From positions 224,001-288,000 of the forward strand of contig CAVTJJ010000004.1 of the NCBI GenBank assembly GCA_963735035.1: 64,000 nucleotides of DNA. The letters run 5' to 3'. Below the pieces are notes generated by a model, which was given only the letters and a program-made list of their open reading frames with translations, ran no database searches and was not told where the DNA came from. Below, in pieces: positions 41,526 to 52,442 of this stretch (the stretch's first letter is position 1; each line of letters begins with the position of its first letter). This stretch comes from an uncultured candidate division Zixibacteria bacterium (GTDB lineage Bacteria > Zixibacteria > MSB-5A5 > GN15 > FEB-12). The translations under genes were made by a program, and so were the position numbers.

Positions 41526-42998
41526 ATGGCCAGAAACAACTCATGGTTTGAAACCGACCAGATAATCAAGCCGAACCACGTTTGGATCGCGGTTCTGGTG
41601 CTGCTGTCGGTGGTGCTCGGGCCGATGTTGCTTCTGCCGTATCCGCTGAACCTGCTCCCGTTCGTGATCCTCGGCGGAACCGTGTTTCTCTACGCCGCTT
41701 TCCGACAGCCGTTTGTCGGGCTGTTCATCTACTTGTTCATCTTCTTCTTCCGGCCTTATGAGCAATTTCCGGTGCCGGTGCCGTACGAGAAGATTGTCGC
41801 CATTGTCGTGCTCGCCATTCTGGCCGTCCATCTGGTCGTAAATAAGGTGCACATAAAGTTCGACCGGATCGACTGGGCTGTGGCGAGCGTAGTCATTGCC
41901 GCCGCCGCGTCGGTGCCCAGCTTCACATACCTGGGCGACAATATGATGTCGTTCACCGCCTGGTTCGAGTTCTTCAAGATTTTCCTGGTCTATTTCTTTA
42001 CGCTTCAGATTGCCACCAGCAAAACCAAGCTGGAAGCGATCGTATGGCTCTTCGTTCTGGCGAACGTCTATCTTACGGGTACTACTACCTACAATTATCA
42101 CACCGGCCATTTCCGCATGAGTATGGGTATCGCCCGGGCGCGGGGCATCGCCGACGAAGGTCTGTTCTCGCATCCCAACTCGGTGGCCAACTCGGCCGTG
42201 CTGGGTCTGCCGTTTGCCTTCTATCTATTCTTGCACTACCGCAATCTGGCGGTTAAGATGTTCCTCTTGGGAGTTGTGATACTGAGCGCCTGGACAGTTG
42301 TGATCACGGGATCGCGCGGCGGCATGATGAGTTTGTTTGGTTTCGTGCTCATCACCGGCTGGAGAAGCAAATATCGAGCCGTCAGTCTGGCGGCGTCGGG
42401 TATCGCCATTCTGTTGGTCGTAGCGGTGATGCCGGAACAATATCGAGAGCGCCTCTTATCACTGTTGAATGTTTTCGGTCATGACGATACCGGAGCGGCC
42501 GAGTCGGCACAGGGTAGAGTCGAGGGAATTGTCGCCGGATGGAAGATGTTCTTAATGCGGCCTGTGACCGGCGTTGGAATAGGCGTGTTTGGCCGAGCCC
42601 ACTATCTCGTTGACGGAATAGGTCTCGAAGCTCATAGTCTGATCGGGCAGTTGTTAGGGGAAGTGGGACTGGTCGGAATGGCTGCCTTCTCCTGGTTTAT
42701 CGCGACTTCGTTCCGTCACCTCAAGAATATTGCGGTCGCGTACAGTTCACGCAACTGGCCGAGTGATTTCATTTCGGCCACCACCAGGGCGGTGCAAACA
42801 GCTCTCATACTGCTTCTCGTGCAAGGTCTCTCCGGACACAACCTCTTCCGCTATAACTGGTACATCTTCGTCTGCTTCGCCAGTATCATGGCGGTCATCG
42901 TCCAGAAGCGAATCGAGGATGAGGCAGCTCCACCTGGTATAAGTGCTATTCCCCCCGAGCAAGAAGCGCCTGAAGCGAGCCGCCTACCGCAGTTGTGA
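41526..42998 (+). CDS. O-antigen ligase family protein (similar in plan to exosortase-associated O-glycosylation ligases)
   Basis: Multi-TM; HPNS, TGSRGG, SAQGR, PVTGVGIG, AHS..QLLGEVG. Confidence 0.88.
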   Translation: MARNNSWFETDQIIKPNHVWIAVLVLLSVVLGPMLLLPYPLNLLPFVILGGTVFLYAAFRQPFVGLFIYLFIFFFRPYEQFPVPVPYEKIVAIVVLAILAVHLVVNKVHIKFDRIDWAVASVVIAAAASVPSFTYLGDNMMSFTAWFEFFKIFLVYFFTLQIATSKTKLEAIVWLFVLANVYLTGTTTYNYHTGHFRMSMGIARARGIADEGLFSHPNSVANSAVLGLPFAFYLFLHYRNLAVKMFLLGVVILSAWTVVITGSRGGMMSLFGFVLITGWRSKYRAVSLAASGIAILLVVAVMPEQYRERLLSLLNVFGHDDTGAAESAQGRVEGIVAGWKMFLMRPVTGVGIGVFGRAHYLVDGIGLEAHSLIGQLLGEVGLVGMAAFSWFIATSFRHLKNIAVAYSSRNWPSDFISATTRAVQTALILLLVQGLSGHNLFRYNWYIFVCFASIMAVIVQKRIEDEAAPPGISAIPPEQEAPEASRLPQL

Positions 42999-43247
42999 TT
43001 CCGTGTTTCCACTGCCGCAGAACTTGCCTTTATAATAAGCCTGAACGTGTATGACTGTTCACAAGCTGGAGAGGCCCCTGGGAGGAGTACTTTGGGCGAT
43101 GTGGTCTATTGAGTTAGGAAGTTGCAGGCGGGCCAAACGGGCCTCATCAGCTGTTCGGAAACTGAACAGCGCGACTGTCACTGAGCCGCAGCACGATATT
43201 ATGCCCTTGTCTTACAAGGCATTGCGAGTCCAATTCCGGTCTTGAGG

Positions 43248-43263
43248 CGGCACCCCATTTGCC
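43248..43263 (+). promoter_or_regulatory. sigma54-like -24/-12 promoter
   Basis: CGGCAC-CCCAT-TTGC matches YGGCAC-N5-TTGC. Confidence 0.5.
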
Positions 43264-43423
43264 TCAAAGGACCCGGCAGCACTTAATTTTTTCTGTTTCT
43301 GAGGCTTATTTGCGCGTACAATGGTGGTCGGTCGAAAAGCGGGCTTGACGCCTTGAGAAACCTGCCGAAAATACTCCCCGTAGGACCGCGCTGAGAGATT
43401 TAGTTTGAATTGGAGGCTTTATC

Positions 43424-46400
43424 GTGATCCATAGCAGCAACCGCCCCACATGTATCGGTCGAATCGGAGTCGTTGTTATCGCCTTTGCCCTGGTGCAGGT
43501 GATAGCTGGCGGCGCCTTCGCCGTTACCCATAATATCTCTTCGTTGCCTTACACCTGTTCGACCAGTAACGACACCCTGACTGTGACGGCCGATTTATCT
43601 TCTACGGGAACGGCTCTTACCGTAGGCGGGTCGGGGATTCGCAATATCTACATCAAGGGCGCCGGACACACCATCACGTTTAATACCGGGAACACGGACG
43701 GAGTTATCGGTATCGCCATCAATCGCCCGCAGTTCATCACAATCGAAAATCTGACTCTGATTCAGTCGGGGACCGCACTCAGCAATCGAGGCATAAATGT
43801 CGGCGAAGGTGACAGTACCTTCTTGAACACTGTCAGCGTCCACGTCAAAGGTGACGACTCCAAGAACGTTTACTCCGACGGTACCCGCGACCTGCGGATT
43901 TCTTACGGCAACTACACGTCGTATGTGACCAACGGCACTCGCCGCGACCTGTTCTCAGCCGCTGCCATTATGCTCGACGATGCTTACGGTAACAACAACG
44001 ACTGGTCGGACCCCTCTACCTGGCGGTACTGGATTCGACATATCACGATTGACAGTTGTCCTCACGCCGGTATGTACTTGCGTGGCGGCCGGATTATCGC
44101 CGATTCGAACAATATTACTGTTGATGCTCAGTCGGACTACACCTACCCCTCCGGAAATATGTACTACGGTGTGGCGAACGCTTATGCTATCATAGCCGAC
44201 CGTGACGCCAAAGACTCAAGGATTATCGGCAACACGCTCCGCTCCGGCACGAATCACCTGGGCGGCCGCGGTATCCTGATTGAGAATTCTCAGGACGGCC
44301 GGTTCACCGGTACGGCGGGCTATACGCCTGTCGGCGACGGAATAGAGATCGCTTACAACAACATTAACGTGCATGCGGGACCCGATCCGTACTACGGCGG
44401 GTCATATCAGTCCGTAGGCCTGAGAATTAGAAATGACTTTGGCTTTGACAGTGTATATGTCCATCACAATACCATCTTTGTAGAGGCGGATACCGCGACA
44501 GCCACCAATCATACCGGTCCGAAAGCTGCCGGTATGTGGTTCTCCGGTCCTGGCGGGCAGACGTCGTGTGTAGGATGGCGCATCGAATACAACAACGTTA
44601 CGGCCCAGGGCAAGCCGGGGCTGTACGCGCGGGTGGCGTCCAGTGGCGACCCCGACAACTACGGGTCCTATGCGCGAGCGTTGATATTCGATCAGGATCT
44701 AAACGACGGTTCGAACAATACCCGACATAACCGTTTCATATCCAACGTTGTACCAATCACTTTTGGCGACGTCAACTCCTGGGGTGTTACCTCTGGTGAA
44801 CAATGGACCCTGTCGGCCGATACGATTGTGAGATCGACCCCGTCCTTTGCGGACAATTTCAACAACAACGGGGCGGTAGTGCTGAATCTCTACGGCGGCG
44901 ACGCCCTGGACAACGACATTGTCGACCCGGTATTTCAGGGTGACACTTCCGTGGTTCTGGCGGCAGGCGGCTCCGGCCCGGCAGAGTTGACCGCGCGGAG
45001 AACGGTCCATCTCACCGTCCTCGACAAGAACGGCCTGCCCGTGCAGGGCGCGACCGTCGGCTTGAGAGATGCTCGTGGCATCTACCAGGTCAATGGTATC
45101 ACCGACGCCAACGGTAAGCTGGTGGACACGGTCACTTTCAGATATTACCATTGGGGTGTCGGCTCCGACACGGCCTACAACCCGTTTGTCCAATTCGCCA
45201 AGTTCGGCGCCGATTCAGTCGGTGAATCCAAGTCATTTGGTCTGTCGACCAACGGCAACGATACGCTGCTTCTCAGCGGCAGTATCGGACACCTGGACAC
45301 GATCCCGCCGGGGATGGTCGGTGATCTGTCGGTGGCGCCGGCCGACGTTGCGGGCCATTTCACTTTCGGATGGACGTCTACCGGCGATGATGGCGCAACG
45401 GGCACGGCCTCGTATGACAGCGTCCGGTTTTCTACTTCGCCCCTGAGTGCTCCAACCTGGGCGAGTGCGACCAGGGTGCCACGAACGGTATCGCCAAAAG
45501 CGTCCGGCGTGGCCGACCAAATCGATGTATCCGAAACTGCCCCGGTCCCGGGGCAGTTTTACTATGTGGGAATCATGGCCTACGATGAAGTGGGTAGTGC
45601 GTCGCCGCTGGCGGTCGATTCCGGATTCGCCCGGGGCATCCTGACGCCTCAGATTGCCGCCGACCTGACCAACATGGATACGGTGGGGCGGCACATGACT
45701 TTCTACAGTTCGACTGTCCGATCTTATCTCAGCCCTTACTATGAATTCCAAAGTGACTCCGCGTCCGGCTTCCCGGCGCCCACGATACTCCAGGGCACCG
45801 TCCAGAGCGGTCATGCGACGGCCACATTCAACATGCCGACTACCTACAGTACGGTCTACGTCCGCTGTCGGGCCGTGGCAGGCGATCATTCACAGAACAG
45901 CGCCTGGTCGACCACACGCGCTTTTTCGATAACCGGCGGAGCCGTGAACGTTCCGCCCGATGTGCCGGTTGCCGTCAATCCGATATCCGGTGACACGGTC
46001 ACTTCGCTCACCGTGGCGCTTACAGTTGTCAACAGCGTTGATCTCGACCAGGACCCGGTGACCTATCAGTTTGAACTTTACGATGCCAATGGAACGACCC
46101 GTCTGGCGGCGTCCCCTGCAGTATCTGAGGGTGTGACGAGCACTTCCTGGACCGTGCCGGCGGGAATTATTCAGGACCGCGCGACTTATCGCTGGACGGC
46201 CAGAGTGTACGACGGCCAGAACTACTCGGACTGGATGAACAAAGTCAGGTTTACGGTCTTGAAGTTGTCGAGCGATGTCGGCTTGCCGAGCGGGGTCGCT
46301 CGCGCTTATCCGAATCCGGTGAGTTTTGGAGATGGCTCCGAGGCGACATTTGTGCTGGGTGATCAACCAACCGACCTGACTATTATGACAGTCTCCGGTG

Positions 46401-46543
46401 ATATTATCCTTCGCCGCGAGAACGTCTCAGGGGATTATCGCTGGAACGGACTGAACCAGTCGGGCGAACGGGTGTCGGTCGGGCTGTATCTCTGGTTTCT
46501 CTCGAACGGCAGCGAGGGGAAACTGATGGTCAAGCCGAATTAA
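43424..46543 (+). CDS. Large secreted protein: right-handed beta-helix, Ig/FN3 modules, FlgD/T9SS-type C-terminal domain
   Basis: Signal peptide; Asn/Ile-rich parallel beta repeats; DTIPPG.V.DL..WTSTGDDG.TGTA; AYPNP...WNGLNQSGERVSVGLY..GKLMVK. Confidence 0.82.
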   Translation: MIHSSNRPTCIGRIGVVVIAFALVQVIAGGAFAVTHNISSLPYTCSTSNDTLTVTADLSSTGTALTVGGSGIRNIYIKGAGHTITFNTGNTDGVIGIAINRPQFITIENLTLIQSGTALSNRGINVGEGDSTFLNTVSVHVKGDDSKNVYSDGTRDLRISYGNYTSYVTNGTRRDLFSAAAIMLDDAYGNNNDWSDPSTWRYWIRHITIDSCPHAGMYLRGGRIIADSNNITVDAQSDYTYPSGNMYYGVANAYAIIADRDAKDSRIIGNTLRSGTNHLGGRGILIENSQDGRFTGTAGYTPVGDGIEIAYNNINVHAGPDPYYGGSYQSVGLRIRNDFGFDSVYVHHNTIFVEADTATATNHTGPKAAGMWFSGPGGQTSCVGWRIEYNNVTAQGKPGLYARVASSGDPDNYGSYARALIFDQDLNDGSNNTRHNRFISNVVPITFGDVNSWGVTSGEQWTLSADTIVRSTPSFADNFNNNGAVVLNLYGGDALDNDIVDPVFQGDTSVVLAAGGSGPAELTARRTVHLTVLDKNGLPVQGATVGLRDARGIYQVNGITDANGKLVDTVTFRYYHWGVGSDTAYNPFVQFAKFGADSVGESKSFGLSTNGNDTLLLSGSIGHLDTIPPGMVGDLSVAPADVAGHFTFGWTSTGDDGATGTASYDSVRFSTSPLSAPTWASATRVPRTVSPKASGVADQIDVSETAPVPGQFYYVGIMAYDEVGSASPLAVDSGFARGILTPQIAADLTNMDTVGRHMTFYSSTVRSYLSPYYEFQSDSASGFPAPTILQGTVQSGHATATFNMPTTYSTVYVRCRAVAGDHSQNSAWSTTRAFSITGGAVNVPPDVPVAVNPISGDTVTSLTVALTVVNSVDLDQDPVTYQFELYDANGTTRLAASPAVSEGVTSTSWTVPAGIIQDRATYRWTARVYDGQNYSDWMNKVRFTVLKLSSDVGLPSGVARAYPNPVSFGDGSEATFVLGDQPTDLTIMTVSGDIILRRENVSGDYRWNGLNQSGERVSVGLYLWFLSNGSEGKLMVKPN

Positions 46544-46599
46544 GCACCGCATTATTCAAGACTCAAAATGGGGAATCGTTCTGCTGCGGATTCTGTTAG

Positions 46600-46800
46600 C
46601 GGCAGATGTGGACATCTGCCGGGCACGGTTATGATCGGGGAGTAGTGGCAGATGTGGGCTCGCCGCGGCGGGCCGGGCACATTACCAACTGTCTTGCCCC
46701 GCTTCAGGCGGGGCATCCAGGGCGACAAGTCCCACCCGTAGGGTGGGGTACCGAAGAGTGTTGTACAAGCCGGCATATGTGGGCATCTGCCGGGCACGGT
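46600..46800. repeat. Composite REP/BIME, inverted relative of 37934-38080
   Basis: Three GGCA(G/T)ATGTGG units, TGCCCCGCTTCAGGCGGGGCA and GGTACCGAAGAGTGTTGTAC. Confidence 0.85.
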
Positions 46801-46849
46801 TTCAACCTGAACGTTCGGGGAGTCGCGGTACACCGCAGGACGGAGTGGT

Positions 46850-48046
46850 CTAGTCGAAACGCACCGACCGACGCGGCGCTTTAGCAATCAGCGTGAAGAA
46901 CTCTTCTGCCTCAAGCAGTCTCTTCTGGGGAGAAAATTGATCTTCCACTCGCTCACGCCCAGCCTGACCCATCTTCTGCCGCAGATCAGGGTTATTTAGT
47001 AATTCCAACACTCGGGCGGCCATGCCGACTATCTCACCTTCCGGAACGAGATATCCGGTCACCCCGTCTTCCACCACCTCAGGATTTCCCCCCGTATTGA
47101 ACGCGACTATGGGCAAACGATTGAATGAATACTCAACCAGCGTGTTGGACAGACCTTCCGATTCCGACGTCAGCACCCCAACGTTACTCAACCGCAAGTA
47201 CGGGCCGACATCGGGCACCGACCCGGCGAAAACTATCTTTCCCGCAAGACCCAATCGAGTTGACTGCTCGCTTAGTTGATCCCGAAGTTCACCTTCGCCA
47301 AGTATCAGATAGTGGGTATCAGAATGTTGGCGGGCGACAGATGCCGCCATGTCTATGAACCGATCGACCCGTTTCACCGGCCGAAGATTGGCTACAATCG
47401 TCACTACCGGTACATTCTCCGGAATGCCGAGCTGTGCGCGTGTTACAACCGCAGAGGTAGTTGCGTCAGGTCCTGCCCCCGACTCGGTCGGGGGCAAGAC
47501 CTGACGTCCCGACACCTCAGTCATTTTGACGGCCAGCATATTGTATATCACCTTGATCCGCTCTCGGGGGAAAGACTCAGCTTCGGCAACCATGTTTTTG
47601 ATGGCTCCAGCGTTCACCAGAAAGTAGTCGACCAGCTTGTTGACCAGCCGCATCGATTTCAGCAGACCGGGGGTGTACCAGTAGCCCATGTCACGACGGT
47701 TGACCACACAGCGGGTTCTCCCGGCCAGCCAGGCGGCCGGGGGTACGAACAGTTGGCTATCGACAAAATAGAGCATGGCGATATCGATCTGCTCCCGCCT
47801 GAGAGTCCGAACGAGTCGCCAGAACACTCCCAATGAGCCAAGACTGCGTAATCGTCCCAGGTGGAGGCATTCGCACTTCGATGATAGCCGCGACCTGACC
47901 GCTTCCGGTACCGGTTGACGCAATGTGAACAGATACGTTTCGAATCGTTCCGGGTCGAGTCTCGCCAGCAGGTCGAGAACCTGGTTTTCGGTACCGGCGC
48001 CCGCCTTGATGGCATCGATGAAAAAGGCAATGCGAAGCTTGTTCAT
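46850..48046 (-). CDS. GT4 glycosyltransferase
   Basis: GAGTENQ, VANLRPVK, SESEGLSNTLVE, GGNPEVV. Confidence 0.9.
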   Translation of the reverse strand: MNKLRIAFFIDAIKAGAGTENQVLDLLARLDPERFETYLFTLRQPVPEAVRSRLSSKCECLHLGRLRSLGSLGVFWRLVRTLRREQIDIAMLYFVDSQLFVPPAAWLAGRTRCVVNRRDMGYWYTPGLLKSMRLVNKLVDYFLVNAGAIKNMVAEAESFPRERIKVIYNMLAVKMTEVSGRQVLPPTESGAGPDATTSAVVTRAQLGIPENVPVVTIVANLRPVKRVDRFIDMAASVARQHSDTHYLILGEGELRDQLSEQSTRLGLAGKIVFAGSVPDVGPYLRLSNVGVLTSESEGLSNTLVEYSFNRLPIVAFNTGGNPEVVEDGVTGYLVPEGEIVGMAARVLELLNNPDLRQKMGQAGRERVEDQFSPQKRLLEAEEFFTLIAKAPRRSVRFD

Positions 48047-48053
48047 GGTTATA

Positions 48054-49180
48054 TCACTTTTTCGACGCACCGCTTGTGGCGATGTGACGATCATAAATCT
48101 CGGTCAAGCCGTGTCACCTGCGCCGGGAAACAGTACCGATCTCTTGACTAGTTCTTGCCCGGCCGCGCCACACCGGGCGTGGAAATCCGGAATCTGCAGC
48201 GCTTTCTCAATCACAGCGGCAATGGCCTCGACCGACGTCTCCTGCGCGAGATAGCCGGTGACGCCGCTCTCGATCAACTCAGGCAATCGTCCCACAGGTG
48301 TGGCTACTACCGGCGTTCCCTGAGCCCAGGCTTCGAGGAGAACCAGGGGAAAAGCCTCGGAGCGCGAAGGTATTACCAGAAACTCGGCCTGCCCATAAGC
48401 GGGGCGAAGGTCTGCGGCGAATCCTTCTAATCTGACACAATCACCGAGGCTCAAGGAATCGATCAGACTCTCCAGCGCTTGTCGTTCCGGACCTTCCCCG
48501 AAAATTCTCATATCGAACGACACGCCGCGACCCTTGATCAACTTGGCGGCTCGGATCAGAAGATCATTCCCTTTCTCATAGCTGAGTCTTCCAGCGGCGA
48601 CAATCAGTTTGCGGCCGTGCTGTGGTGCGAAAGACTCCGAGGACACTCGCTCGAACGCCTCTGGTGCTACCGCATTGATTACGACTTCGATCTTCTGCTT
48701 ATCAACCCCCATGGTGGCGAGAAGTTCTTTGGTCTGCTCAGCCACCGTCAGGACAGACCGGCAGCGGCGCATGACGGCTCGATCGATCGCGTTGTAGAGC
48801 CGCACTTTCAATCCTTCGGCGGTGAAGCCGTGGAAATGTACGATGTGCGGCACACCGGTCGCCCTGGCCGCGAAATAGCCGTATAGATTCGATTTGAATT
48901 CGTGAGTGACGATCAGTCGGGGCTTTCGTTCTCTGATCAATTTCTTCAATTGCGAGATCGTCCGCAGATCACCCGGCCCGAACTCGTCGAGCTCAACGCA
49001 GGGAAGGTTCTCGCCACGAAGATGCTCGGCAAAGGCATTTGATTGCCCACGGCGACGGTAGGTGACTGGAAGACATTCGTATTTCGATAGGAATCGAACT
49101 TGTCCGAGGATGAGCCGTTCCGGGCTGCCCCAGATATTGGCTTCCCGCACATGAAGGATCAGCTCACGGTTGGTGCTCAA
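48054..49180 (-). CDS. GT4 glycosyltransferase (apparent indels near the 3' end, ~48143 and ~48103)
   Basis: AGGAGG then TTG 49180; GSPER, AGRLSYEKG, PSRSEAFPLVLLEA. Confidence 0.85.
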
Positions 49181-49211
49181 GCAACCTCCTGAGTACACGG
49201 GCGATCCGACG

Positions 49212-49590
49212 TGATCGGTACGGCATCGATACGAGTCGGCAGATGTGGGCATCTGCCGGGCACGGTGATGTCACGTTGGTTTCTGCCGGGTACGGTTACG
49301 CTTCGTGGGCGGCAGACGTCCTCGTCTGCCCCATCGCGTAATGTGGGCGGCTGAGCCTGCCCCCGACTTGATCGGGGGTCCTCGTCTGCCCCATCGCGTA
49401 ATGTGGGCGGCTGAGCCTGCCCCCGACTTGATCGGGGGGCCTCGTCTGCCCCAACAAGATCTTGCCGGTAATCCGCCTTGATCGGTACGGCATCGATACG
49501 AGTCGGCAGATGTGGGCATCTGCCGGGCACGGTGACGTCATGCTGGTTTCCGCAGGGCACGGCTCTGTGGCGTGGGCATCTGCCGGGCAC
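49212..49590. repeat. BIME-like array: 57-bp direct repeats flanking a 60-bp tandem repeat
   Basis: 49212-49268 is identical to 49479-49535; 60-nt period over 49320-49452. Confidence 0.9.
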
Positions 49591-49627
49591 CATTAAGTAG
49601 CGTCTATCTATCCTATGCGAGGTATCA

Positions 49628-50822
49628 TCAATTGACAAATTCACGCAGGAATTTCTCCAACCGGTCGGCCAGTTTGTCCCAGCCGTATTGTTCTTCGACC
49701 AGTTTTCGCCCACGCTCGCCCAATTCGCGGCGCAGGGCGACATCACGAAGAAGCATATCGACTTTCTCAGCAAATTCATCGGCCGTATCGGCCAGCATGA
49801 TATCGGCCCCGTCAGTGACATTCAGCCCTTCGGCGCCGACCGAAGTCGACACGATCGCCTTCTTCATGGCAAGCGCTTCCAGAATCTTCAACCGTGTCCC
49901 GCCGCCGATACGCAACGGCACAACGTAGACCGCCGCAGAATCGACATACGGCCGAACGTCTTCCACTCGTCCGGCTATGTGCACGCCGGGGAGTGAATCG
50001 AGCTTTTGAATGTGCGGCGGCGGAGCCTGGCCGACCACGACGAGGGATACATCGGGGCGGCGATCACGAAGCAAGGGAAGTACTTCCTCGACAAACCAGG
50101 TGACCGCGTCTTGGTTCGGTCGCCAGTGCATCGCGCCGACAAACACCAGCGACTCACGATCCGGTTCATCAGGCGAGGGGGTGAAGAATTTGAGATCGAC
50201 GCCGTTGGCGACCGTTTCCACTTGTAGACTTGGGGTTGATGGCGCGAATTTCTGCTGCTTCGCTGTCGGATACCGCAATCGCCCCCTCGACCAGACGAAA
50301 CGTCTTTCTTTCAAACGTAGCTACTTTGGGCGCCTGACGACCGATATACCACTTCTTGTAAGGCGACGTCTCATGCTCGTAATAGCGCCGCCAGATGTGA
50401 TGCTCGATATTGTGTGCGACCACAACTCGGGGAATTTCTTGTGTATTCTTCACGAACGCCGCGTAGGGTGTCCATTCGCACAGAATCAAGTCCGGGTGCA
50501 GGTTTCCGACCGCTTCATTGAAAGCGTTCTGGAATACGGCTGAATAGTGACGGGCGACAATGTACGGATACGGCGAAAACAGGTTAGCCGCCAGGCGAAG
50601 ATAGAATGACAGGCCCGATTGCGGTGGCAGGTCGGCCGGAACGGCAATCGGGTTCATCCGGGCCTTGTTAAGAGCGTTGAACCCCTCCGACCCGATTTGT
50701 CCGTAAGACAGATAGTAGAGTTCGTGGCGGGCAGCCAGGCGGCTGAGCAGGTTGAAACTGCGTATCCGCTTCCCCGAATCCAGCGGGTAAGGAAACTCTT
50801 CGTCGATTACCAGTATCCGCAT
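49628..50822 (-). CDS. GT4 sugar transferase, PEP-CTERM-associated type (frameshift ~50233)
   Basis: FPYPLDSGKRIR, HNIE, NGVDL.FF, FVGAM.WRPN.DA, PLRIGGGTRLKILEALA. Confidence 0.88.
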
Positions 50823-50927
50823 CGCACTATCCGGCCGAGGCCACGTCCTTGTGTTCAAATCAATGTTCGACCCGGAACAATCAGACAGATAACCGGCCCA
50901 GTACTCTTGTGGCGGGTGAGGCGCCGG

Positions 50928-52282
50928 TCATAATAATCTTACCGGTTGAGCGTCTGCTCCGTTACCCGAATCACCAGGGGGAACGATATCGCTGTTTTGC
51001 GCGCCGCCCGAACCTAAATCGTTCACTTTACCTGGCGGTGTCAGATCAACTTCGGCCGCCACGACCACCTTGGCAAAATAGACGCTGCTATTGGTGCTGC
51101 CACACGACCAGAACACCGGGATGTAATCCGCCGAACTCGGCACGTGGAAACAGGTGTTGGCGTCGCGGTTGTAGGTGTTATTGGCGTCGGTGGATATCAA
51201 TGTGGCAGCGCTCCAGCTCCGATCAGTCTGCGACCACTTGCGATAATAGATCATAGAGCTCGACTGCGTTGTCGTTCGATTTGCGGCTGTAGAAGAGATA
51301 CAAGTCGCTCCCGTGGACGGTCGAAATAGGGTACCACTCGTTGTCGGCCGTGAAATTTGAACTCTCGACCGTGCTCACGTTCCAGGTTCCCGTTGCCGCC
51401 GTTGTAATTCTTCCATACGTGGATCAGGTCGTTACCGCTTCCGAAAATAAGGTGCATCGTGGTATCGTTGATCACGTTGTGGGTGAAGGCTCGCGAGTAC
51501 CCCATGTTGGCAGCGTAGATCGAATGGTCGTTCGGTGCAACAAATGCAGTGCCGTTCCAGAGATAGTATTCGAAGCCTCGAGTATCCTGTAGATGCTCCA
51601 CTATCAAGGCCGGTCGACCGCCGACAAAAGGCATTGAGCCGATCCGGACATCGTTCGCTCCGGTAGACCAGGCCGTGCCGCTTGTCCAACTCGTGCCACC
51701 GTTGGTGGACGTAAAGTACTTCACGTTTTCGGCCGGGACATCGGCGCGACGCGTGAATATCCAGATCCGTCCGTCTGGCTCCAGCATAATGTTGGAGCGA
51801 TGCAGCGAACTCGTTCCGGGGAGCGCCACCAGCGGACCGGCGTCGTTTTCGCTGTGCGCGGGGGCGTTGAAGCGGCGGAAATTGATCCCGTCGGCGCGTG
51901 GAAACGTGAAATTCAGATCGCCATTCTGGCCAAACAGCGAGAGGTGATAGTCAAGGTAGCCGTCGATATTGATCGTGTTCGTGCTCCAGGACGTTCCGGA
52001 GTTTGTCGAATAGAGCAGATTGTTGGAATTGCCGCCGTCGTTGGCGAGGCTTATCCAGCAGTTGGCCGGTGCCGTCTCCTGCATGTAGGCTTTCCAGCGC
52101 GGGATGCCCAGGACCGGGGCTTCCGACCCCGATGTCGCTATCAAAACCGGTTTGGTCACCGTATCCGCCAGAGTCGATCCGGTCATCACCGCGAGTTGTG
52201 TCACCAGAAGAATCTGAAACAGCCGTTTTCGTCCTGGTATCAACCTTTGCATCTGCCTGAATTGTCTGATCACGGTTAGCAT
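50928..52282 (-). CDS. Secreted BNR/Asp-box beta-propeller-like protein, paralog of 57259 (frameshifts ~51388 and ~51265)
   Basis: LGIPRWK.YM, STNSGTSWS and STNGGTSWT Asp-boxes, collinear with 57259-59157. Confidence 0.8.
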
Positions 52283-52442
52283 ATCCAGATTAGACTTTCG
52301 TTACTTAAGCTCCGACGTCCCCGTCAGTTAGCTCCAGCGCGTCCTGGCTTCACTATTAATATAACCTGCACCCATACAGGCTTACAAGACAATAGTACAT
52401 TGGTTCTCAGTATCCCGGAGTCTGTACTAACAGTACGCAGTC

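Noticed and set aside
49212..49590. CRISPR array
   Set aside because: Units are tandem or nested palindromes without unique, evenly sized spacers, and no cas genes are present.
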